64,000 bases of DNA from an uncultured Thermoanaerobaculia bacterium. GTDB taxonomy: Bacteria > Acidobacteriota > Thermoanaerobaculia > Thermoanaerobaculales > Thermoanaerobaculaceae. The position numbers and the translations under genes are program-made. The first letter of the stretch is position 1. Each line of letters opens with the position of its first letter. Positions 28,044 through 36,387 of this stretch are shown one piece after another. The notes under the pieces were generated by a model, which was not told the origin of the DNA, did no database searches, and worked only from the letters and a program-made list of their open reading frames with translations. Where the stretch lies: assembly GCA_964488355.1 (NCBI GenBank), contig CAZAUJ010000001.1, positions 152,454-216,453 on the forward strand. Reading direction: 5' to 3'.

Positions 28044-28703
28044 CTAAGAGCCAGCACCGGCGCTTGGCTCCTCTGCCCGCCGCGGGCTCCAGGAATACAC
28101 GCCAGCGGCCACGGCAGCCACGATGGTCTCCGGAGGATGACCCATGGCTGCAAGAAGAGCGTCCTCAAGAGCCTCTGCATCAATCACCACCTTCGCCCGG
28201 CTTATTGCTTCCTCGCTGGCACCGGAAAAGTTGAGCGGACAAGGAGGCAACTCCTCCTCCCCGATGTGGCATGGCAAACCGAAGCTGCGGCAGGAAAGGG
28301 GGCGGAACTGGTAAAGGAGGCAGGAACCGGTATTCGGTTCCAGCAACGGGCACGGAAGATAGGCAAACCGGCGGCAAAAAGCCTCACGCGCCTGGTCCTC
28401 TTCCGCCAAAGCCCCCGTACCCGTAGTGCCAGGAAACTCCTTCTGCAGCAAGGCCCATTGCGCCTGCGCCCGGGCGCGGATGCCCTCGGCCACCTCGGGG
28501 TGCTGGCGTGCCAGCTCCGCCAAACCACGGGCAAGGCGCCAGGCGTCCAACGCCGTGATCTCAAACACACCGATGCAACACGAAGAGCACCCCTGACTAC
28601 ACCTAAGCCAATGCCCGGCCCTTTGGGCACCCTCCTGCCAACTGCGGGCGTAGCTGGCACGCAGCTGGTGATCCCAAGCGATGAGCTGCTCCTCACCGAT
28701 CAT
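28044..28703 (-). CDS. YkgJ-family cysteine-cluster protein (CxxCxxCC, putative Fe-S/Zn-binding)
   Basis: N-terminal cluster CSQGCSSCC, with downstream Cys residues CPLL, CLLY and LSCRSFGLPC. 219 aa. Confidence 0.75.
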   Translation of the reverse strand: MIGEEQLIAWDHQLRASYARSWQEGAQRAGHWLRCSQGCSSCCIGVFEITALDAWRLARGLAELARQHPEVAEGIRARAQAQWALLQKEFPGTTGTGALAEEDQAREAFCRRFAYLPCPLLEPNTGSCLLYQFRPLSCRSFGLPCHIGEEELPPCPLNFSGASEEAISRAKVVIDAEALEDALLAAMGHPPETIVAAVAAGVYSWSPRRAEEPSAGAGS

Positions 28704-30027
28704 CAGCTCCTCCTGGGTGCTTTTTCCGGCGCCGGAAGAGCTCTTGCAGACGCTCCCGAATGCGCTTTTCCAAGCCTTCCTCGGTTGGACGGTAGAAGCG
28801 AAGGTCGGCGAGCTCAGGCGGAAGGCAGGGCATATCCGCCACCTTCTCCGGAGTATCGTGGGCGTACACGTAACCGGACCCGTAGCCCAGACGAGCCATG
28901 AGGCCGGTTACCGGGTTTCGCAGGTGCAAAGGCACGGGGTAAGGCGGCTTTTCCTGCACTACCTGGCGAGCTTGGCCGTAGCCCACGTACAGCGCGTTGG
29001 ACTTGGGCGCCAACGCCAAGTAAACCACCGCTTGCGCCAGCGCCACATCGCACTCGGGCATACCCACATGCTCCACTGCCGCGGCTGCGGCAACCGCCTG
29101 TTCCAGCGCGCGCGGGTCCGCCAGGCCCACGTCCTCGCTGGCCACCCGTATCAGCCTGCGCGCAATGAAGCGCGGGTCCGCGCCTCCCTCTAACATACGC
29201 GCCAGCCAGTACATGGCGGCGTCGGGGTCAGAGTTGCGAATGGACTTGTGTAAAGCCGAAATCAGGTTGTAGTGCTCTTCCCCTTCCTTGTCGTAAAGGG
29301 CCAGCCGCTTTTGCGCCACCTTCTCCACCAGCTGCGGGCTGATGACCCATTCGGGAGCGGCCAGTTCCGCCGCCATTTCCAACAGCGTGTAGGCCACCCG
29401 CGCGTCCCCCGCCGCCAATGACACGATCCTGGCCATTGCCGCCTTTTCCAAGGTCAAGCCGCGACCTCCCAAACCGCGCTCCTCGTCAGCCAGAGCCGCC
29501 GAAAGCAGCTGCCGCAGCACCGCGTCCTCCAGGGGCTTGAGCACGTAAACCTTGACCCGAGAGAGCAAGGCACGGTTGAGCTCGAAGGAGGGGTTTTCCG
29601 TGGTGGCACCGATGAGGATTATGTCACCCGTTTCCAGGTAGGGCAGGAAGGCGTCCTGCTGGGCCTTGTTGAAGCGGTGCACCTCATCCACAAAGAGCAC
29701 CGTTTTTCTGCCCGTACTGCGACGCAGGGAAGCTGCCTGTTCCATGACCGCCTTGGCCTCCCGGACGCCCGAGGTGACAGCAGAAAAGCTCACGAACTCG
29801 GCATTGACCTGCGTGGCCAAAACGCGAGCAATCGTAGTCTTGCCACACCCAGGGGGTCCCCACAAAATCAAGGAGGGCAACTCGCCTTTGGCCACCAAAC
29901 CCGAGAGAACACCCACCACCTCCTCTTGGCCCAAAACCTCCTGCAAGCTGCGCGGGCGCATGCGCTCCGCCAACGGCGTTCCCGGCGAAAAGCCAGGCTC
30001 CGGACCAAAGAGCTCGGAGGGGGTCAT
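28693..30027 (-). CDS. rarA: Replication-associated recombination protein A (AAA+ ATPase RarA/MgsA)
   Basis: Walker A GPPGCGKTT, Walker B LFVDEVHRFNK, and the conserved C-terminal MgsA block YNLISALHKSIRNSDPDAAMYWLARML. Confidence 0.95.
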   Translation of the reverse strand: MTPSELFGPEPGFSPGTPLAERMRPRSLQEVLGQEEVVGVLSGLVAKGELPSLILWGPPGCGKTTIARVLATQVNAEFVSFSAVTSGVREAKAVMEQAASLRRSTGRKTVLFVDEVHRFNKAQQDAFLPYLETGDIILIGATTENPSFELNRALLSRVKVYVLKPLEDAVLRQLLSAALADEERGLGGRGLTLEKAAMARIVSLAAGDARVAYTLLEMAAELAAPEWVISPQLVEKVAQKRLALYDKEGEEHYNLISALHKSIRNSDPDAAMYWLARMLEGGADPRFIARRLIRVASEDVGLADPRALEQAVAAAAAVEHVGMPECDVALAQAVVYLALAPKSNALYVGYGQARQVVQEKPPYPVPLHLRNPVTGLMARLGYGSGYVYAHDTPEKVADMPCLPPELADLRFYRPTEEGLEKRIRERLQELFRRRKKHPGGADDR

Positions 30028-30593
30028 GGCCAGCCTGCAAGGGTGAGCTGGGCCGCCAGCTCCAGAACCTCGAGCAGCTCCACCGCTTCTCTCGCTGACG
30101 CCGCCACCACCACCGCACCGTGACGCGGAAGAAGCACGGCGTTAGCCTGGCTCACCGCCTGGGCCACCGCTTCGGCCAAGGCCGCCGAGCCGGGTGGCAA
30201 ATCCGGCAGCAACACCCAACGCAACGCTGCCTCTGCCTCGCGCAGGCACCCCACCTCCGGTCCCCGGCGGCGAAGCAGCAGCTGGAGCGTGGCTGGGGGG
30301 TGCGCATGGACCACCGCACCCACCTGAGGGTGCTGACGCAGGACCCCCTGGTGCAGGAGTCCCTCGGAAGAGGATTCCGCCGGCAAGGGGCCGTCCAGGG
30401 GCGCTCGCACCAGCTCCCAGGGCAAAAGCGTGCCTTTGTCCCGTCCGCGTGGAGTGAGCAGAAAGGAGGACGCGTCCAAGCGCGCCGACAGGTTACCCTC
30501 CCTTGCCCGAACAAGGCGCAGCTGTGCCAGGCGGGCGCCGGCCGCCACCAGCTCAGCCCGCAGGCGCTGTTCCGTGAGACCCTGAGCGCTCAC
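30024..30593 (-). CDS. Class II aldolase/adducin-domain protein
   Basis: 189 aa. REGNLSARL near the N-terminus and the His-containing VVHAHPP motif are typical of the class II aldolase fold. Overlaps the rarA start by 4 nt. Confidence 0.75.
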   Translation of the reverse strand: MSAQGLTEQRLRAELVAAGARLAQLRLVRAREGNLSARLDASSFLLTPRGRDKGTLLPWELVRAPLDGPLPAESSSEGLLHQGVLRQHPQVGAVVHAHPPATLQLLLRRRGPEVGCLREAEAALRWVLLPDLPPGSAALAEAVAQAVSQANAVLLPRHGAVVVAASAREAVELLEVLELAAQLTLAGWP

Positions 30594-30797
30594 CGGAGCA
30601 TCCCTCGCGACAGCGGAGCCGCTGGAAGGGCCCCCAGCCGGCGGGCTCCAGCTCCGCCATCGGACGTACCCGCCCGCAACGCTGGCATACGCCCTTTTCG
30701 TGAAAAAGCCGTTGGCGCACGTGGTTGTTTTCCCGCTGCCGGTGGCGCCCAGCCAAGCTCGCCAGCCGCCAGCAAAGGTAAAGCGCCAAAAGAAGCC

Positions 30798-31418
30798 CTA
30801 GCTCGAGCTGGACCTGAGACGTCGTGCGATCTCCTCCTCCAGACCTGACAAATCGGGCATGCGCGGGCTGTTGATCTTCTTGAGCTTGGCTAGCTCAGCT
30901 TGTGCTCCGGCGGCATCGTTCAGGTCGAAAAGGCGCACCACCACGGCGTTGTAACGGGACTGCCAATGCTCCGGGTTCTTGTCGGCAGCTTTGTCGAAGA
31001 GCTCCAGAGCCTTTTCCGGGTTTCCCGTCTCGCGGTAGCACACCCCCAAGTCGGTGAGCACATCGGGCGAGTCGTCGCGAATTGCAATAGCGCGCTCGTA
31101 ATACTCCCTCGCTCGAAGGAAGTTGTTGAGGTCGTAAAGAATGTTCCCTGCATGGATCAGGTGTTCGTAGTTGTTAGGGTCCTTTTGTAAGAGCTGTTCC
31201 ACCGCTCGCAGCTGCTCCACCAGCTGCGGGTTGCCGGTGGCGGCAGTTCGACCTCCCTCCGGTGGCGAAGCAGGTTGCCCAGACAACGGAGGTGCCCCGG
31301 GGACGCCCGCATGGGGATCGGAAAGGCCGGGCTTGGCCTGTCGTTCGCCTACCACGTAGCCCACAAAAAAACCCAGGAGCAAGCCGGCGACCGCTCCCTT
31401 GACCCAATCCCCGCTCAT
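30798..31418 (-). CDS. Membrane-anchored TPR-repeat protein
   Basis: N-terminal TM segment AVAGLLLGFFVGYVVG, a Pro/Gly linker, then TPR repeats (YEHLIHAGNILYDLNNFLRAREYYERAIAIRDDSPDVLTDLGVCYRETGNPEKALELFDKA...). Confidence 0.85.
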   Translation of the reverse strand: MSGDWVKGAVAGLLLGFFVGYVVGERQAKPGLSDPHAGVPGAPPLSGQPASPPEGGRTAATGNPQLVEQLRAVEQLLQKDPNNYEHLIHAGNILYDLNNFLRAREYYERAIAIRDDSPDVLTDLGVCYRETGNPEKALELFDKAADKNPEHWQSRYNAVVVRLFDLNDAAGAQAELAKLKKINSPRMPDLSGLEEEIARRLRSSSS

Positions 31419-31444
31419 GACACCCCCTCTTTTTAGCTAGCCGC

Positions 31445-32176
31445 TCACTTCCGCCCCTCACGCTGAGCCAACCACGTGCCGGCGGCCGGTAAACCCGCCG
31501 CCAGGTTGGTGGCCTGCCAGGACCCTTCGATCCGGCGCTCCTGGCCCCGGACCGCCAGGCGGCCAGTATATACCGCCACGAAACCAAGCTGTGCGTCGAT
31601 GCGCTCCAAGCGCACCGTGTTCCCCACCAGCGTGCCACGCAGGGAGCCGCGCCAGCCCCCGGCGAGCTCATAAACTCCGGAAACCAGGGTGCCAAAGAGG
31701 CGCAGGTCGAACGTCCCGCGCAAACCACCCGGTTCGATCGTCACCTGCCAACGGCCGGAAAGGTCGTCACCACCGGCGGCAAGGGCCTCTTCCAAACGCT
31801 TCACCTCGGCCGCCAGCTGCTCGATCACCGCTCGCCTCGCCGCGACCGTGCTCCGCAGCTGCTGTGCGCCGGCAATAAGAGCGGCCACTTCGGCTTCAGC
31901 GCGGCGCAGGTCGGCGAAGCGCGCATGGAGAGTCGCCACGTCCTCCCCGTCCCGCTGCGAGCGCAGCAAGTCGTCCCCCAGGCGCAGCATGCGGTCGCAC
32001 GCTTGCCGCAAATCTTCCTGGCTGCGCTCCAGCTGACCTAACTCGCTGCCGAGAAGTTTCCTTTCCAGCTCCAGCTGGCTACGAAACACCTCAACCACCA
32101 CAGGATCGGGAGTCTGGGCGGGCGCAGGCAAGCTGGTCAGCAGGCTCAGGCCAAGCAACCACCCCACGTTCTTCAT
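31445..32176 (-). CDS. Hypothetical secreted coiled-coil protein
   Basis: The preferred start MKNVGWLLGLSLLTSLPAPAQ (signal peptide) at 32176 is preceded by AGGGGGA. It has a long heptad-like Q/E/L/R region and a Gly/Arg-rich beta C-terminal domain. Confidence 0.75.
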   Translation of the reverse strand: MKNVGWLLGLSLLTSLPAPAQTPDPVVVEVFRSQLELERKLLGSELGQLERSQEDLRQACDRMLRLGDDLLRSQRDGEDVATLHARFADLRRAEAEVAALIAGAQQLRSTVAARRAVIEQLAAEVKRLEEALAAGGDDLSGRWQVTIEPGGLRGTFDLRLFGTLVSGVYELAGGWRGSLRGTLVGNTVRLERIDAQLGFVAVYTGRLAVRGQERRIEGSWQATNLAAGLPAAGTWLAQREGRK

Positions 32177-32241
32177 AGGTCCCCCTGTCACCATTTCTAC
32201 GCTACCACAGGGGAGCTTCGTTGCTGCTAAAGTTTTCGCCT

Positions 32242-32649
32242 ATGGGCGAACGGGAACCAGCTATTCGCGTGACGCTCCTCCCCCGAGATACCAACCCCAA
32301 TGGGACCATTTTTGGCGGCGTAATCTTGGCTTACATTGACCAGGCTGGGGCCGTGGTCGCACACCAACACGGTGCCACCCGGGTCGTGACCGTGGCCATG
32401 GAGAAGGTGGTCTTTCATGCCCCGGTCTACGTGGGGGACCTGGTTTCCTTTTACGGGGAGCTGGTGCGCATCGGCAGAACCTCGATTACCGTCAAGGTGA
32501 CGGTGGAGGCGGCGCCGCCCGCGGCAAAAGGAAATGGCAGGAGGGTTACAGAGGCCGTGATTACCTATGTGAACGTGGACCGCTACGGTGTGCCTACCCC
32601 CATTCGCAGCGAGCCGCCGCAGGAGGAGGCGGAGGGTGTCAAGGAGTGA
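32242..32649 (+). CDS. Acyl-CoA thioesterase (hotdog fold, YciA-like)
   Basis: LLPRDTNPNGTIFGGVILAYIDQAG and VVTVAMEKVVFHAPVYVGDLV are typical of hotdog thioesterases. The start is ATG 32242 or TTG 32221. Confidence 0.85.
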   Translation: MGEREPAIRVTLLPRDTNPNGTIFGGVILAYIDQAGAVVAHQHGATRVVTVAMEKVVFHAPVYVGDLVSFYGELVRIGRTSITVKVTVEAAPPAAKGNGRRVTEAVITYVNVDRYGVPTPIRSEPPQEEAEGVKE

Positions 32650-32668
32650 GCCGCACCTCTGGTAGACT

Positions 32669-33181
32669 GTGCCCGTGACATGGGCTTTCTTTTACCTAGC
32701 CCTGTTGCTGGTTGGGGCCGTGCTGGCAGTGGTTTTCGGCAGCCTCGAGGGCTTTCCGCTGCACCAGCGTTTGGCCCTTCCGCGTCCGGAGCTGGCGCGG
32801 CACCGGCGCCAGGTGCATGTCGCCCACCTGGGGGCGGCCCTTTCCGGCTGTGGCGGTGTGGGCTTGGCCCTGGTTTCTTGGACCCGGTGGCCACACCTTT
32901 CCGTGTTGGCAGCAAGCTTAGGGGGTGGCCTGTTGTCTTGGCTTCTGGCTCGCCTCCTCTTGCGCCTGCCCTGTCAGGCCATCTTGGCCCAGCAAAAAGC
33001 GGTGGTTGTCCGAGATATCCCACCGGGCGGGTACGGGCAGGTCAGAATAGCCACCTCCGGTGCCGCTACCATTTTGGCAGCCCAAAGCGAGGAAGAGGAA
33101 ACCCTCACGGCTGGCAGCGAGGTGGAAGTGGTGGACTGCCACCGCTCGGTGGTGGTGGTACGGAAGCTTAGGAGCGAGTGA
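32669..33181 (+). CDS. NfeD-like membrane protein (TM region plus C-terminal OB-fold)
   Basis: Three or four hydrophobic helices, then GGYGQVRIATSGAATILAAQSEEEETLTAGSEVEVVDCHRSVVVV, which is an NfeD C-terminal-domain pattern. GTG start. Confidence 0.65.
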   Translation: MPVTWAFFYLALLLVGAVLAVVFGSLEGFPLHQRLALPRPELARHRRQVHVAHLGAALSGCGGVGLALVSWTRWPHLSVLAASLGGGLLSWLLARLLLRLPCQAILAQQKAVVVRDIPPGGYGQVRIATSGAATILAAQSEEEETLTAGSEVEVVDCHRSVVVVRKLRSE

Positions 33182-33819
33182 AGACCGAACTGCCTTTGGT
33201 GCTGGCTTCAGCCTCGCCGCGAAGGCTGGAGTTGTTGCGCCGCCTGGGGCTTTCCGTGAGGCTTTCGCCCGTGGAGGTGGATGAGTCGCCTTTGCCCGGG
33301 GAGGTGCCATTGGCCGTGCCGCGGAGGCTGGCTCGGGCCAAGGCGGCCAAGGCCCAGGAGGCCTTCTCTGACCTGCCTGCTCTCGCCGGTGACACGGTGG
33401 TCATCCTCGGTGACAGGGTCCTGGGAAAGCCCACGAATGCTGCCGAAGCCGAGGCCATGTTGCTGGCCCTGCGTGGCCGCACGCACCTGGTGGCCACGGC
33501 CCTCGCGCTGAGGTTCGGCTCGCGCGAGGCAGAAGCGGTGGAGGTGGCGCGCGTGAGCTTTGCGCCCTTTCCCCTCTCGTTGCTGCATTGGTACCTAGCG
33601 GGTGACGAGTGGCGGGACAAGGCGGGGGCTTACGCTCTGCAAGGGCAAGCAGCTGTTTTCGTTGCCGCGGTGGAGGGAAACGTGCAAGCCGTGGTGGGCT
33701 TGCCCTTGGCGCGCTTGCCCGAGCTCTTCGCCCGTGTGGGTTTGGAGTTGACGCCTGCGGGCCAGCGCCTCACGCTGGTTCCTCGAAGTGGACTGCCTCT
33801 CCCAGCTCCCGCAGGCTAA
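33178..33819 (+). CDS. maf: Maf-family nucleoside triphosphate pyrophosphatase (septum formation protein)
   Basis: LVLASASPRRLELL, AGDTVVILGDRVLGKP and KAGAYALQG motifs. GTGA overlap with the upstream gene. Confidence 0.92.
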   Translation: MKTELPLVLASASPRRLELLRRLGLSVRLSPVEVDESPLPGEVPLAVPRRLARAKAAKAQEAFSDLPALAGDTVVILGDRVLGKPTNAAEAEAMLLALRGRTHLVATALALRFGSREAEAVEVARVSFAPFPLSLLHWYLAGDEWRDKAGAYALQGQAAVFVAAVEGNVQAVVGLPLARLPELFARVGLELTPAGQRLTLVPRSGLPLPAPAG

Positions 33820-34069
33820 AGTTGGCGAAGATGTGGTGGCCGTTGAAGTCCAGCACGCGCACGTCTTCCCTACCCACCAGATCGGCAGCTACCACCTCGA
33901 ACGGAGCCCCGTAAAGCTCCCGCGTGCGTTCCAGGGGCACCTCGTAGGCGACGAACTTGCCGATGCCCTTGGCCTTGAGCTTTTCCACCAGGCGCGGGTC
34001 AGTCACCGATGAGTAGGTGGTGAGGATGAGAATAGGACCCGAGCCGGTAAAAACCAGGTAGGCACGCAT
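33770..34069 (-). CDS. Small cytosolic hypothetical protein (99 aa)
   Basis: The internal start MRAYLVFTGSGPILILTTY at 34069 is preceded by GCAGGAGG; the track ORF extends to 34201. Amino-acid composition and third-position GC look coding. Its 3' end overlaps the maf 3' end by 50 nt. Confidence 0.6.
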   Translation of the reverse strand: MRAYLVFTGSGPILILTTYSSVTDPRLVEKLKAKGIGKFVAYEVPLERTRELYGAPFEVVAADLVGREDVRVLDFNGHHIFANFSLRELGEAVHFEEPA

Positions 34070-34148
34070 GGGCACCTCCTGCGAACTCCCTCTTAGGTTC
34101 CGCCCTTTCTCTTCCCCTGTCAAGGGGAGTCTCACCCCTCTGGCCCCC

Positions 34149-35921
34149 TCATTTGGGACTCTCAAGAGGCCAGAGCTGGGGGATGGCCAGGAGGGACACA
34201 AGGGTTACCAGCAAAAGTAGCGGCAGACCCACCCGAAGGTAATCGCCCAAGCGATAGTTTCCTGGCCCCTGCACCAAAAGATTGGTTTGGTAGCCCCAAG
34301 GCGTGAGGAAGGCGCAGGAAGCCGCCACCATGACCGCCATGGCAAAAGGCATGAGGCTGGCACCGGTTTTCTGCGCCACTGCGGCGGCAACGGGGAAGAC
34401 TAAAGCTGCTGCCGCGTTGTTGCTGATAAGCTGCGTGAGAAGCACGGTGGCGAAAAACACGGCTGTCAAAGCCGTACCCGGTGATGTGGCCAGGGCGGTA
34501 ATGGCCTGCGCCAGTTTGCCAGCGGCGCCGCTCACCTCCAGGGCGTGTCCCACCCCCATGGCCGAACCCAAGGTGAGCAGCAAGGGCCAATCCACCTCCC
34601 GCCACAGGCGGCGCCAGGGCAGGCAGCGGGTGAGGAGCAAGAGTCCCACCGCGCCTAGCCCTCCCTCCAGCGGCGAGCACAGTCCGGCCCCGATGAGCAC
34701 CAGCATCGCAGCCACCACCGCTAGTGCGGTCCAAGCCCTGTCGCGTTGGGGCAGGACTGAGCCCGGAAGCCGGCTGACAAGGAAAAACTCCCGCGAGGCG
34801 CGGTACCGCTCGGCAAATCCAGGCGGCGCTTCCAGCAGCAGTGTATCGCCTGCCTCCAGACGGATGTCGCCCACTTTCCCGGGCAAGCGCCGCCCGCCAC
34901 GAGAAACCGCCAGGACCACGGCGTTGTAAACCGTTCTGAACCGCGCCCCTCGCACCGTCTCGCCCAAATGCGAAAAGCTGCCCGAGAGCACTACTTCCAC
35001 CACCTGGCGCTCGTGTCGCGGCGTGTCCAGCTTGAAAAGCTGGTCGGTGGCAGGCAAGAGCCCGGGAATGCGCTGCAAGTCCACGATGGTTTCCACCGCC
35101 CCTACGAACACAAGGCGATCGCCCGCCGCCAGCACTTCGGTGGGAGGTACAGCGGGCAGCACCCGCCCGCCCCGTTGCACCTCAGCCAGGTACACCCCCA
35201 CCAGGTGGCGCAAGCCTGCCTCCTCCACGCTCTTGCCCACCAGCGAGCAGTTGCTGGCCACCTGCATTTCCACCGCGTATTCCCTCGAGTTTTCCAAGAT
35301 CCGCGCGGTATCGGCGCGCTCCGGCAGGAGGCGCGGGGCGACGAACACCAAAAAGCCAAGCCCAAGCAGCGTCACGGGCACCCCCAAAGGCGCCGGTGTC
35401 CAAAAGGAAACCTCCACCCCCAGGGGCGCTGCCAGGAACGCCACTACCAAGTTGGTGCTGGTACCCACCAGCGTGCACAAGCCTCCCAGACTTGTGGCAA
35501 AGACCAATGGCAGCAGCAGCTTGGCTGCCGAATAGCCGAACCAGCGCGCCCACCCTGCCACAAGCGGCACAAACACGGCCACGATGGCCGTGTTGTTCAC
35601 CCAAGCGGAAAGCGCGGCAGCCAACGGCAGCACCTTACGCGCGGCTTGCAGCGGTGTGCGAGGCGCCCCCAGCAGCCCAAAGGACAACAGCTCCATGGCT
35701 CCCGTCTGGCGCAAAGCCTCCACCACCAAAAGCAGCGCGGCAATGGTGACGAGTGCCGGGTTGGCAAAGCCCGCCAGTGCTTCCCCCGGCGGGACCACAC
35801 GAGCCAGCATGAGAGCCGCCAAGGCGCCGGTGAAGGCGACATCCGCCGGCGCGCGCAGGGCAAGGGCCACGAGGATTCCGGCCAGCACCAGCAGCGAAAA
35901 CAACCAGGCCATGGCCGGCAT
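34149..35921 (-). CDS. SLC13/DASS-type anion permease with two central TrkA-C (RCK C-terminal) domains
   Basis: About 590 aa and polytopic. The central soluble region has two TrkA-C-like repeats (VGKSVEEAGLRHLVGVYLAEVQRGGRVLPAVP...GDRLVFVG and GETVRGARFRTVYNAVVLAVSRGGRRLPGKV...GDTLLLEA). The preferred start MPAMAWLF at 35921 is preceded by GAGGAGGG. Confidence 0.85.
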   Translation of the reverse strand: MPAMAWLFSLLVLAGILVALALRAPADVAFTGALAALMLARVVPPGEALAGFANPALVTIAALLLVVEALRQTGAMELLSFGLLGAPRTPLQAARKVLPLAAALSAWVNNTAIVAVFVPLVAGWARWFGYSAAKLLLPLVFATSLGGLCTLVGTSTNLVVAFLAAPLGVEVSFWTPAPLGVPVTLLGLGFLVFVAPRLLPERADTARILENSREYAVEMQVASNCSLVGKSVEEAGLRHLVGVYLAEVQRGGRVLPAVPPTEVLAAGDRLVFVGAVETIVDLQRIPGLLPATDQLFKLDTPRHERQVVEVVLSGSFSHLGETVRGARFRTVYNAVVLAVSRGGRRLPGKVGDIRLEAGDTLLLEAPPGFAERYRASREFFLVSRLPGSVLPQRDRAWTALAVVAAMLVLIGAGLCSPLEGGLGAVGLLLLTRCLPWRRLWREVDWPLLLTLGSAMGVGHALEVSGAAGKLAQAITALATSPGTALTAVFFATVLLTQLISNNAAAALVFPVAAAVAQKTGASLMPFAMAVMVAASCAFLTPWGYQTNLLVQGPGNYRLGDYLRVGLPLLLLVTLVSLLAIPQLWPLESPK

Positions 35922-36000
35922 TGTAATGCCCTCCTCGCGCAGGCCAGCTCCCGTTGCTATCAGCGAAGCTTGTAACCCCAACACCTTGCCGAGCAAAATA

Positions 36001-36318
36001 ATGGGCGTGCGGGTAGTGACGGGTCTCCTGCTGTTGGCCTTGCTGGTGCCGGCCCCGTTGGTCGGGGCGAAGAAACGCTGCCAAGGCTACCGGTGCTGCT
36101 GCCAGCCCCAGCAGTGCCCCTGCACCACCGGCCCGGCGGTTCCTGATCCACCCGCCCCCAAGGTTGTTGCTTTGGAGCCCCCTCCGAGCCTTCACCTAGC
36201 AGTTACCGAGGCTATTCAGCCTAGGCCTCTGGGGGACGCGCCGGTTGCTGCCGCGAGCGGCCCGCCAGCTGGCAGGTCTGCACCCGGCTACCTCATAGCC
36301 TGCACCTTCCGCTGCTAG
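36001..36318 (+). CDS. Candidate small secreted Cys-rich protein (105 aa) upstream of the efflux operon
   Basis: ATG 36001 lies in the track ORF 35584..36318. Signal-peptide-like MGVRVVTGLLLLALLVPAPLVGA is followed by KKRCQGYRCCCQPQQCPC. The Shine-Dalgarno is weak and third-position GC drops in the second half, so it is tentative. Confidence 0.35.
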   Translation: MGVRVVTGLLLLALLVPAPLVGAKKRCQGYRCCCQPQQCPCTTGPAVPDPPAPKVVALEPPPSLHLAVTEAIQPRPLGDAPVAAASGPPAGRSAPGYLIACTFRC

Positions 36319-36387
36319 CCTTCCAACCTCCCCGCCCAACCGGTTTTTTGCCCTAACAACGCGCTGTAACCAAACGAGGGAGGTCCT

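Noticed and set aside
35969-36375. Shared heptamer TGTAACC upstream of the Cys-rich ORF and upstream of the OMF gene, considered as a possible operator repeat.
   Set aside because: It is only 7 nt, has no dyad symmetry and occurs just twice. That is compatible with chance.
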